Assembly: GCF_018350175.1 (NCBI RefSeq)
Contig: NC_058369.1
Location: forward strand, 17,610,001-17,674,000
Origin: Felis catus
Lineage: Eukaryota
Direction of reading: 5' to 3'
Length of the DNA: 64,000 nt
Positions 24,591 through 35,718 of the stretch are shown here, piece by piece (the first letter of the stretch is position 1; each line of letters begins with the position of its first letter). Under the pieces are notes generated by a model. It had not been told where the DNA came from, made no database searches, and worked only from the letters and a program-made list of their open reading frames with translations. The position numbers and the translations under genes are program-made.

Positions 24591-24625
24591 ATCGCTTCTT
24601 GGCCTTTTGGCTAAGGTCAAGTGTA
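24591..24625 (+). pseudogene. RNU2: 3'-truncated U2 snRNA retrocopy (nt 1-35)
   Basis: ATCGCTTCTTGGCCTTTTGGCTAAGGTCAAGTGTA matches the U2 5' end with 2 mismatches; flanked by a ~15-nt direct repeat. Confidence 0.88.
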
Positions 24626-25690
24626 AAAATGTAATTATCTGAAATGAAAAATTCACTGAAGAGGATCAACATCAGATTTGAGCAGACAGAAGAGTAAGTG
24701 AACTTGAAGATAGGTCAATTAATATTGTCCAGTCTGAGGAAAAGAAAGAAAAAGTAATGAAAAATGAGCAGAGTGGGTCAAAATACTTCAGATAGCAAGT
24801 AAAAGAAAAAGCCAGTTCAAATTTGGGGGAAAAAAATGAACAGAGGTACAAAGAAATGGAGGCTACCAACAAGTGTATCAATATATTGGAGTCCCAGAAA
24901 GAGAGGAGAGGAGAGGACAGAAAACATATTTGAAGGGGCACCTGGGTGGCTCAGTTAAGTGTCTGACTCTTTTAAAAAAATGTTTTTTAATGTTTATTTT
25001 TGAGAGAGAGAGAGTGAGGAAGGGGCACAGAGAGAGAAGGAGACACAGAATCTGAAACAGACTCCAGGCTCGAGCCCAACTGTCAGCTGTCAGCACAGAG
25101 CCCAACGCGTGGCTTGAACTCAGGAACCGTGAGATCATAACCTGATTTGAAGTCAGATGCTTAACCAACTGAGCCACTCAGGTGCCTCTTAAGTGTCTGA
25201 CTCTTGATTTCAGCTCAGGTCATGATCTCATAGTCATGACATTGAGCCCTGCATCGGGCTCTGCCACTGAGAGGCTGCTTAGGATTCTCTCTCTCCCTCT
25301 CTCTCTTTCTCCCTGCCCACCCCCCTCTCTCTCAAAAGTAAATAAACTAAAAATAAATAAATAAATAAATAAATTAAATTAAATTAAATTAAAACATTTG
25401 AAGAAATAAGGGCTGAAACTTTCTAACTTTGATTAAAAATTTGATTAAAAAGGCATTAATAGGGGGTGCCTGGGTGGCTCAGTTGGTTGAGCGTCCGGCT
25501 TCGGCTCAGGTCATGATCTCATGGTTCGTGAGTTCAAGCCCCGCGTCGGGCTCTGTGCTGACAGCTCGGAGCCTGGACCCTGCTTCGGATTCTGTGTCTC
25601 CCTCTCTCTCTGCTCCTCCCCTGCTCATGCTCATGTCTGTTTTTGTCTCTCTCTGTCTCTGTCTCTCTCCCTCAAAAATAAATAAAACAT

Positions 25691-25721
<31 letters not shown>

Positions 25722-26171
25722 AAATAGGCATTAATATACACATCCAAAAAGTTCAATAAACTCAAAATAGGATAAACTCAAAGAGATCCACATATGGACA
25801 AATCATTATCAAACTGTGGAAAGATGAGACAAAGAGGGAATCTTGAAAGAGGCAGTAGAGAAATGAATTATCACATACTCTGATCCTCTGTAAGATTAAC
25901 ACCTGATTTCTCATCAGAAACCATGGCCAGAAGACAGTAAGATGATATAAAGTGCTGAAAGAAAATGACTGTCAACTGAGTCTATAACCAGCAAACATTA
26001 TTCTCTTCAGAAATAAAGGTGTGTGTCTGACTCTTGATTTTGGCTCAGGTCATGGTGCCATGTCGAACTGAGCCCCACGTCAAGCTCTGCACTGAGTGTG
26101 CAGCCTGCTTAAGATCTCTCTCTCTCCCTCTGCCCCTCTCCCTCGCTCACACTCTCTTTCTCTCTCTGGAA

Positions 26172-26292
26172 GAAAGAAGAAAGAAAGAGAGAGAGAGAAA
26201 GAAAGAAAGGAGGGAGGGAGGGAGGGAGGGAGGGAGGAAGGAAGGAAGGAAGGAAGGAAGGAAGGAAGGAAGGAAGGAAAGGAAGGAAAGGA
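26172..26292 (+). repeat. Purine-rich compound microsatellite (GAAA/GGGA/GGAA) grown from a SINE tail
   Basis: Seen directly. Confidence 0.9.
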
Positions 26293-27751
26293 ATGAAGAA
26301 GAGATTAAAACACTGCCAGATTAACAAAAATTGGGAGAATCTGTTGCTTCAAAATACTAAAGACAGTACTTTAGACTGAAGTGAAAGGACACTAGACAGA
26401 AACTCAAATCCACATGAAGAAACAAAGAGAACCAATAAAGGTAACTACATAGGAAAATAGAAAAGATAGTATAAATGTATTTTTTCTCTGTAAACTTTTT
26501 TCTCCTGAGTTAAAAGACAACTAACTAAAGCAATAAATCTATGTTGATGGGCATACATGTATAGAAGTATACTTTGCATGATAATAATATGCAAAGAAGG
26601 GTGAATAAGCATGGCGCTATATAGGAGCAAAGTTTTTAAAATACTTTCATAATTAATGTATCAATCCAAACTAGATTATAGTAAATTACTTTTAATTCCC
26701 ATTTTAACTACTAAGAAAGTATTTCAAAAAATATAGTCAGTGTGAATTCTCTGGAAGCCGTCTCTCCAGTATCTCTTGGTTTTAGCATCCTATGAGTCTA
26801 TGATGGTCTAAGTTCCCCAGATTGTGCATTCTGATTGTCAGATGTCTATACTGGTGATTGAGGCTGATGCCAAAGTTGTTTGCCTCACCAAGTGTTTTAT
26901 GGGTTCTAGTGTAAATTTTGATATTTATGCAGCAAGGCATGCAAGAAAGTCTAATCCTGCCCAGCTCAACATCTGTTATTGTGACCAAGATTATTATTTC
27001 TTCTTTTAAGAAGACAAGAGGAAACAGAAAGACATAAGTTTTTTCTACTCTCATGTCTTCGCTTTTCTCTCTCTTAAAGTATTGGACTTAATCTCTAAAT
27101 TTTAGTTACCCAGGGGTGTAGCTTTTCTCCTTAAAGGAGAAAGCAAATATTGGGAAATCCTCCTCCCACCTCTGTAAGGCAGCCTCCTTGATAAAAACTT
27201 TGGTGCCTCACTATTATTCCTCTCGGACCAAAGAATTGGGCGTTTCATGTGGTTGTCTCCCAAATCTTCTAACATATGATGGGGCCAAAGACTAAACCAC
27301 ATAGCTAAAGCATGAAAGGTAAAAGAAAATTGGAAGCTAAAGAAAGTTATTTGAGAGAATAATGTCCATTCAAAGATCAATAAGCCATCAGCTGGGAAGA
27401 TTCTACACCCAGCCCACTCCTCCTCTTCTTCATCAGCATTTGTTCTTTGGCCTGAGGGGGCTTGAGGGTAACCCTCATCTGTGATCACATGACCTGAATC
27501 CTGTGGCTACTTGCTACTGAGAACTTTCCACTTGATACTTAGCCAGGCCAGACAGAACACTCTCACTCACCTCAGTGGCTTTCTGTTTCTGCATTGTGTG
27601 AATGAGATCCCTTCTGGGAACACAGGGAAGGATGGAAGAAATGGAGGAGTCTCTGGAGGGAAGATTGAACTATTAGGAAGTGTTCTGAGGAGGTTACTCC
27701 TATCTTGTCTACCTTTAGCCTCCTGACAGACAGAAGGGAGAAGAGAAATCA

Positions 27752-27880
<129 letters not shown>

Positions 27881-28028
27881 CTAAAGATGAGACACAGATT
27901 GCTGCTTCAGATGCTTTACTCCAGGTCCTCTGACCATCATCACTGGTAATGGGGGGGAGGGGGACTGAAAAAGGAAGGCTAGACCAGGAGTTTAGAGAAG
28001 GGTCTTTAGCAACTTCAGTGTTTGGCCC

Positions 28029-28190
28029 CTGGCACTTAACCAATAATATAATATAATATAATATAATATAATATAATATAATATAATATAATATAAATTA
28101 TAACTGGCACTTAACCAATAAAACTATAATATAATTAATATAATATAATATAATATAATATAATATAATATAAACATAAATTATAATATA
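28029..28190 (+). repeat. (AATAT)n array split by a duplicated 18-nt unit ctggcacttaaccaataa
   Basis: Unit at 28029 and 28104, each followed by AATAT repeats. Confidence 0.9.
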
Positions 28191-28783
28191 ACATATGATC
28201 TGTGAACTCCCCAGTCTGAGCTAAAAGACTCATCAGGATGAAAATCCCTGCCCTATCAACTACCAAATGTGATTGTTGGATTACAGAAAGGAAAATGTCT
28301 TTCAAGGTTAGACTTTTCTTATGAACGTTACCGAGTGACTTATATACGGTGCTTCAGACATTAGTAATGTCAAACTTGCCACAGCAGAGGTAAGATATAG
28401 AAGGAAGGGGACAGAGAGAGTACATTGTGGGGCCTTAGTGTGTGGGGTGCAGGATGTACATTTTGGCATGTCTTAGCTGAAAAAATGTCCACTGCAGCAT
28501 AGGACAGACCTGGATTTGAGCCGTGATTTCGTCCATTTAATGGTTCAAAATATTTGCCTTCTATCCCACAAGAGAGTATGAACTGACTGGAATAATGCAT
28601 GGGAAGAGGGCTCGGGAACATATGAAATGGGCTACACATGGTTGATGACCCAGATTTTATTGTGGTATATTATTCCCATGCCAACCCCCTCTGTCCCCAC
28701 CTCTCAGAAGAAAATCTAGGGCTATCGAGGAAACTGGTGTGCTGCCCATTCCTGTTCTTGGGAACCAAGGAAGTAGAGCTCAC

Positions 28784-28830
28784 CTTCATCTCTTGTAGGC
28801 GAGCCCCTGCACCTGCAGGAAGAGGGAAAT
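28784..28830 (-). CDS. SPINK8: SPINK8 coding exon 2
   Basis: gtcttccag|AT TTC CCT CTT CCT...ATG AAG|gtgagc = (D)FPLPAGAGARLQEMK; phase 1 to 0; resembles the DFPLP segment of SPINK8. Confidence 0.85.
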
Positions 28831-29439
28831 CTGGAAGACAAAAACACATTCAGAAGAGTTGTTCTGTCTTCTGACCTTAGGGGGAAAAGCTAGGATGAAG
28901 GAAACCCTGGTTGGCACACAGGAAGTATCAGATCCCTAAGAAGGGTCTGGGATTGGGGCACCCAGGTGGCTCAGTTGGTTAAGCATTTGACTCTTGATGT
29001 CGGCTCAGGTAATGATCACACAGTTCCATGAGATGAAGCCATGCATCAGGCTTTGCTCTGACAGCATGGAGTCCGCTTGGGATTCTCTCTCTCTCCACTC
29101 ACCCTCAGAATAAGTAAACTTAAAAAAAAGAAGGGGCCCGGTTCTTCTGTGATGCATACTGCTCTCTAAAGAAGTGGAGAAATAGGGAACTTGTGACCCC
29201 CTCCCTCATGTAAAATGGGGATCTTAATTCTGGCCCTGCCCTTTCATAGGTAAATAACAACTTTCATAATCCTTCTCAGTTGTTTTAGAAAACACTCTCT
29301 AACTTACAAATTTCCATGAAGCAGTTATATTAAGATACCTCCAAAGCTGCTGACTTTCATTAAGGCTTCCATATATTTTTTCTTTTTTTTAATTGAAGTG
29401 TAATTAACATACAATGTTATATTAATTTCAAAAGCTTAC

Positions 29440-29986
29440 ATACTCTTGGCCCAAAGCGAACTGTGTGGGTCCACTTACATGTGGATTTTTTTCAATAAGG
29501 ACAATATTGAAATGTAAATGTATTTTCCTTATGATTTTCTTTTTTTAAATGTTTATTTATTTGAGAGAGAGAGAGACATAGCATGAGCAGGGAGGGGCAG
29601 AGAGAGAGGGAGACACAGAATCCAAAGCAGGCTCCAGGCTCTGAGCTGTCAGCACAGAGCCCCACGCAGGGCTTGAACTCATGGACCACGAGATCATGAC
29701 CTGAGCCGAAGTCGGAGGCGTAACCAACTGAGCCACCCGGGTGCCTCCATGATTTTCTTAATAACATTTTCTTTTCTCTAACTTACTTTATTGTAAGAAT
29801 ACAGTACACAATACATATAACATACAAAATATATGTTAATCAAGTGTTTACGTTATTGGTAAGGCTTCCAGTCAAAAGTAGGCTTATTAGTAAAGTTTTG
29901 GGGAGCCCAAAGTTATACACAGATTTTGACTGTATGCGGGAGTAAGGGTCAGTGCCCCTTACCCTGCATTGTTCAAGGGTCCACTG
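29440..29986. mobile_element. TcMar-Tigger2-like non-autonomous DNA transposon with an internal SINE
   Basis: gaactgtgtgggtccacttacatgtggattttttt start and terminal ttgttcaagggtccactg|TA. Confidence 0.75.
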
Positions 29987-30084
29987 TATATGTGTATAAT
30001 ACTTTATTATATATAATTATGTGTTATAATGATCTGATATAACAATCATATTTATATTATCAACTCTATTTATATATAACAGTT

Positions 30085-31212
30085 TTATTAAGATATGATT
30101 TACATACCACAGAATTCACCCATTTGAAATGTACAGTGGTTTTTAGTATATTCACAGAGTTGTGCAACCATTACCACAATCAGTTCGAGATCATTTTCAT
30201 CTCCCCAAAAAGAAACCCTGTACTCGTCAGCAGTCCCTTTTCATTCCTCCCTCCACACCCCCTCCCTTCCCCCACCCCAGACAACCAATAATCTACTTTC
30301 TGTCCTTTCTGGACACTTTATATAAATAGAATCATACATGTGTAGTCTTTCTGTCTATCTTCTTTCACTTAGCATGATATTTTAAAGGGTTATCCCTGTT
30401 ATTGTATGCATTAGTACTTTATTCTTCTTTATAGCTAAATTTAATATTCCATTGGATGTAAATACTATGTTTTACTTATTCATTAATCAACCAATGGACA
30501 TCTGAATTGTTTTCACTTTTAGGCTATTATGAGCAAGGCTGATATGAACATTTATACACATTTTCTGTGTGGCCATGTGTTTTTATTTCCTTCAGGTATA
30601 TACCTAAGAGTGGAATCCCTGGGTCATATGGTGACCTTTTGAGAAAATACTGGACTATTTTTTTTTTAAATTTTTTTTTCAACGTTTTTTATTTATTTTT
30701 GGGACAGAGAGAGACAGAGCATAAACGGGGGAGGGGCAGAGAGAGAGGGAGACACAGAATCGGAAACAGGCTCCAGGCTCCGAGCCATCAGCCCAGAGCC
30801 TGACGCGAGGCTTGAACTCACAGACCGCGAGATCATGACCTGGCTGAAGTCGGACGCTTAACCGACTGCGCCACCCAGGCGCCCCTGGACTATTTTTCAA
30901 AGAAGCCGAACCATTTTATATTTCCAGTGACAGTGTATGAGGATTCCAAGTTTTTCACATTCTTGTCGACCCTTGTTATTTTCTCCCTTTTTTATTATAG
31001 CCATCATAGTGGGTACAAAGTGGTATCTCATTGTAGTTTTGATGAATATTTCCCTACTGACCGATGATGTTGAGCATCTTTTCATGTACTTATTAGCCAT
31101 TCGTTTATCATCTTTGGAGAAATATCTATTCAGTTACTTTGCCTATGTTTTAAAAATTGGCTTGTCTCTTTATTATTGAGTTGCAAGCGTTCTTTATATA
31201 TTCTGGATACTA
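30085..31212 (-). mobile_element. L1 3' end (L1MB-like) containing a young SINE
   Basis: Peptide ANKYMKRCSTS...TTMRYHF...CEKLGILIHC is the L1 ORF2 C-terminal CCHC region. Confidence 0.88.
30660..30885 (-). mobile_element. Young felid SINE
   Basis: CpG-rich, near-consensus; TSD tggactattttt. Confidence 0.95.
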
Positions 31213-31379
31213 GTTTATTGGCACTTGATCAGTCTTTCCAGCCACTGGTCTGTCACACTGTTGGACCAGGGACCATTTCTGCCTTATAACCAGGATCTAG
31301 CTCAGTTTCTGGAACAAGCTGAGCATATGGTGTGTAGTTATTGGATATGTATGTAAGTGGCGTGTCAACTAATGTCAAC

Positions 31380-31960
31380 AGCTGATGTCAATAGCAGGTC
31401 TCTTCCCTGACTCACCACCAACCTCAGTTTCTGAATTTGGCCAAGAAAGAATTCAGAGCCAAAATCTCAAGTAGGCAAGAGTTTAATAGCAGTTAAGGGG
31501 AAAGTACACTCTCAGAATGGGAGAGGAAGCAGGCCCAGAGGTCACAATTGCACCAGAATTAGGGTTTTTTTTTTTTGTTTTTTTGGGGGTTTTTTTGTTT
31601 GCATAGGTTATGGGTCATAGTTAAGGAGGCCTCTGACTGAGTCTGAGCTATTTCTGATCCTCTAAGGGACTCCTCCTGCCAGTCCAGAGAGGGAGTTTTT
31701 GGCCCTATGAGGTCCTTGTGGGAACTGTCATGTCAGCTATCCTCCATGAGGAGGATCAACCGCAATATAAATGTATTACAACGAAGCTATAGGTTACTGT
31801 AGTGCAGTGGTTATAGGGGTTAATGCATGCATATCCCCTGGGGTCTTTTTCTAGCTGTTTGTGTTCTGGGGATGATTGGTGGTTTCTTGATTTTTATCTT
31901 TGTACTGGTGAGAAAGTCCTGTTTCCTGCTCCAGTATCACTAACTGCCTACTCTATCACT
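31380..31960 (-). mobile_element. ERV1-type LTR fragment
   Basis: LTR-like ttggccaagaaagaattcagagcc...agagtttaatagc (ATTAAA signal on the minus strand). Confidence 0.5.
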
Positions 31961-32999
31961 AGGAAACCCATCATAGTAATAAGGCAATTATCACAAAGAC
32001 TTTTGTGTTTCGTACAGCAGAGCTATGATAAGATTTGCCCTAAAAAAGACAGCTCTTAAGAAGTAGGATGGTGGGTTAGAGGAAGTCAAGTTGGAGACAA
32101 AAGGAACAGTTAAGGAGAATATAAAAATACTTTCAGGGAACAATGATGAAAACCTTCATTAAGGAAGAGTCATTTTAGGGGCACCTGGATGGCTCAGTTT
32201 AGGCATCTGACTTCGGCTCACGTCATGATCTTGTGGTTCGTGAGTTTGAGCCCTGCATTGGGCTCTGTGCTTTGGATTCTATGTCTCCCTCGCTCTCTGC
32301 CCCTCCCCCACTCACACTCTGTCTCTCTGTCTCTCAAAAATAAATAAATATTTAAATTTTTTTTTAACGTTTATTTATTTTTGAGACAGAGAGAGACAGA
32401 GCATGAACAGGGGAGGGGCAGAGAGAGAGGGAGACACAGAATCGGAAGCAGGCTCCAGGCTCCGAGCCATCAGCCCAGAGCCTGACGCGGGGCTCGAACT
32501 CACGGACTGCGAGATCGTGACCTGAGCTGAAGTCGGATGCTCAACCGACTGAGCCACCCAGGCGCCCCTCTATTTTCCATTCTAAGTAATGAACTCTCGA
32601 ACTGGGCCAGAAGTGCTAATTGTATTACAAACAGTTGCTCGTAAAATCCAACAGAACAACTGGTATTCAGACCGTAAAACTGTGGATATGACCTTCATCG
32701 TGATGGAAAAGTTACCTAATGCACACCAGGAGGAGTTCTGTTCGATAGTACCTATAGAATAACCAACTAGATAGTAATCAAAAGCAGCTCTACCAGTCAG
32801 CACTGAATTGAGGTTTTTTTCTTCTCTTATTTATCTAGGATCATGATGTTACCCTCCTTTCTCATAAAAACCCCTTGTTTTCCCATGTGAGCAGCACATG
32901 GTAGCTCTGGAATCTGTTCTTGCCAAATTGCAATTCTGAGACCTCAAATAAAGGTCTTTGTTTTTTTTTTTCGGTTTTGCCTCTTTTTCTCAGTAGACA

Positions 33000-33520
33000 C
33001 CTTCATAATGGAACCTCCATAAAAATCCTAAACCAAAGGGTTTGGAGAGAATCCAGGTTGAACACATTGAGGTGCTGGGAGGGTGGTGCCCCCAGAGGAC
33101 ATGGAAGCTCTGTGTCCCTTCCCACCTACCTTGCCCTGTGCCTCTCTTCCATTTGGCTGTTTCTGAGTTCTGCCTTTTATAATAAACTGGAAATAGTAAG
33201 TAAAGCACTTTCCTGAGTTCTGTGAGCCATTCTAGCAAATTATTGAACCTAAGAATGGAGTCAGGGGAATTCCTGTGTTATAGCTAGTTGGTTAGAAGTG
33301 CTGGAGGCCCAGTCTTGTGATTGCTGTCTGAAGTAGGGGCAGTCTTGTGGGATTGAGTCCTTACCCCATACTGTTGGGATGCATGCCCGGTAGTAGTGTC
33401 ATAATTGTGTTAAACTGTAAGACACCCAATTGGTGTCCACAGAAAATGGGAGGATTGCTTGGTGTGGAAAACCCACACATTTGGTGTCAGAAGTGTTGGA
33501 GTGGATGGAAAGAGTTTTTT
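33000..33520 (+). mobile_element. MER21-like ERVL LTR
   Basis: cctccataaaaatcc...ggagggtggtgcc...aataaactgg...ctgagttctgtgagccattctagcaaatta. Confidence 0.75.
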
Positions 33521-33711
33521 CTTCAGCGGAGGAGGGAAAGGAGTTTTCCCCATAAGATATGAGAGGCACGGAGATTAGTTTTCAATTTGTTACAGAGCCT
33601 CTTAAGATGTGAGGGGCTTGGGAAAAAAATGTTTTCAGTGAGAGAAAGCACCAATAGAAAGTAAAAAAATTGAAGATAAATGAAAGTTTCAAAGTCCAAA
33701 TGGAAAAAGGA

Positions 33712-34085
33712 TGTGTTGGGTATAGAGGCTTGAGCTATGGAAACCTGAGGAAGGCAAAAGGACCCACAGCGACTACCGGAGCTGACACAGGCTCATCACG
33801 TGACCTACCTCAAAATAGCCACAGGCCCTAACTGACCAATTACGAGCAGGCGCAATTCCGAAGATTACCAAAAAATGGGAAATTTCCATTCTTCCCCATA
33901 CTCCCTCACTCGGCCCTATTACCGTGGCCCCTCAGCACCGCCTCCTGGCAGACAGTTTCTCCCTTGCTGTCCTGCCTGCTGTTCCCTTGCAGTGTATTCA
34001 AGAAACTTCGATCTCTTTTGCTCTGCCTTGGGTGAATTCTTTCAGCACCCACGTCGCCAGCCCCCACAGATTGGAACGCACCACA
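33712..34085 (+). mobile_element. Solo LTR (carnivore ERV, relatively young)
   Basis: TG...CA ends, retained CpGs, CCAAT, and U5-like ctctgccttgggtgaattctt. Confidence 0.6.
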
Positions 34086-34563
34086 CTGAGGCACTCAGAG
34101 ATTTCCTACCATTAAGCATGAACTCTAAAACCAGCCATTGACCAGAAGAATATCTGATTCTATTTCCACAGAGCTATTCAAGTTCTTTTTGGGTTTGAGA
34201 AATGTAAATAGACCCTGAAAATGAAAGTTTCTAAGGTTTGAAGGCCTGGATAGTAAGTAGGTATTTTGAAAAGTTCAGTGGTCCTGGGTTTGAAAGGTTA
34301 GAATTTGACTCCCAGCTTTGATACCAATGACACTGAGGGAAGCCTTTCTTCCTCTGAGTTTCAGTTTCTACATCTGTAACCTAAAGGAATTAGGACTAAA
34401 TAGGGAGCCTGGGTGGCTCAGTCAGTTAAATGTCCAACTCTGGCTCAGGTCATGATCTTGCAGTTAGTGAGTTCGAGTCCCACGTCAGGCTCTGTGCTGA
34501 AGCTCAGAGCTTGCAGCCTGCTTCGGCTCTGTGTCTTCCTCTCTCTGCCCCTCCTCTGCTCAT

Positions 34564-34610
<47 letters not shown>

Positions 34611-34735
34611 AACAAATAAACATTTAAAAAAAGGATTAAATAAAATTGAACAGCCCTTCCACTTTTACCTCTGATTTTCCTATGATCCTGGATTTACCCC
34701 AGAAAATTTGGGCAGAGCAAGGATATATAAGTCAC

Positions 34736-34800
34736 CAACTGCGAAGACAGCCCACACGGAGACTGCCAGAACAAGGACGGCTTTTGAGAAGTTCCTTCAT
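34736..34800 (-). CDS. SPINK8: SPINK8 coding exon 1 (signal peptide), frameshifted
   Basis: ATGAAGGAAC is followed, out of frame, by hydrophobic FSKAVLVLAVSVWAVFAV(D). Acceptor ttttcacag| (exon starts at 34813), donor G|gtgact. Confidence 0.8.
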
Positions 34801-35494
34801 AGTGGCAGAGAAGCTGTGAAAATATGCAGCCTTTGACGGGAGGGTAGAGAAAGCTCCAGGTGAAGCACAAGTTCTTAGAGCGATCCCTCATTGGCCAGGA
34901 ATTGAAGTCTAAATACTTCAAGTTTGCTCTTTCCTCAGGTCATTTGGAATGAATTCTGTCCGATGCAATTAAATTGCTTAATTTATTTCCCTAGAGCAAT
35001 TGGACATTGGAAGAAAATGATCCCCAAAATGGAATTTTACAAGATGCTAGAAAAAAAACTAGTACAGACTATCTGCAAGGAGATCATTTGGTAAAGAATA
35101 AGCAACAAGAACTTTGCAATTAAATGTTTAGAAGTTGATACTCATCTCTGAGGTAAGAAAGGCAGTCACTAGGAAGTTCAGTGACACGTGTTAAATCAAT
35201 AGACAATAAAAAAGATGCGAAGAGACAAAACAGAAAACTCACTCCCATTTCTTAATCTTCCATATTATTACTTTGGTGTTAATTTTAGTAATCGATCACA
35301 GTATTGCAAGCAAAACCATGGAGTATTACCAACAACAAGCATTATTGAAAATATTATAGCATGAGGCAGTTGACATTATTTATGTGCAGGTTTCCATACT
35401 TTTCCTATACATTTTCCAGGCAAATTATATACCTAGGTAATTTCTGTCCCAACACCTTCCCTGAGTGAAAACAAATATTAATAATATAACCCTT

Positions 35495-35718
35495 GGGGCG
35501 CCTGGGTGGCGCAGTCGGTTAAGCGTCCGACTTCAGCCAGGTCACGATCTCGCGGTCCGTGGGTTCGAGCCCCGCGTCAGGCTCTGGGCTGATGGCTCAG
35601 AGCCTGGAGCCTGTTTCCGATTCTGTGTCTCCCTCTCTCTCTGGCCCTCCCCCGTTCATGCTCTGTCTCTCTCTGTCCCAAAAATAAATAAACGTTGAAA
35701 AAAAAAATTAAAAAAAAA
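35495..35718 (+). mobile_element. Young felid SINE
   Basis: Near-consensus with CpGs intact; TSD aataatataaccctt. Confidence 0.95.

Larger units (their letters stand above)
23340..26720 (+). mobile_element. Old L1 5' region, ORF1 and inter-ORF fragment with nested SINEs and a U2 copy
   Basis: ORF1-like ttggagtcccagaaagagaggag and gatttctcatcagaaaccatgg...aaagtgctgaaagaaaatgactgtcaac. Confidence 0.8.
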
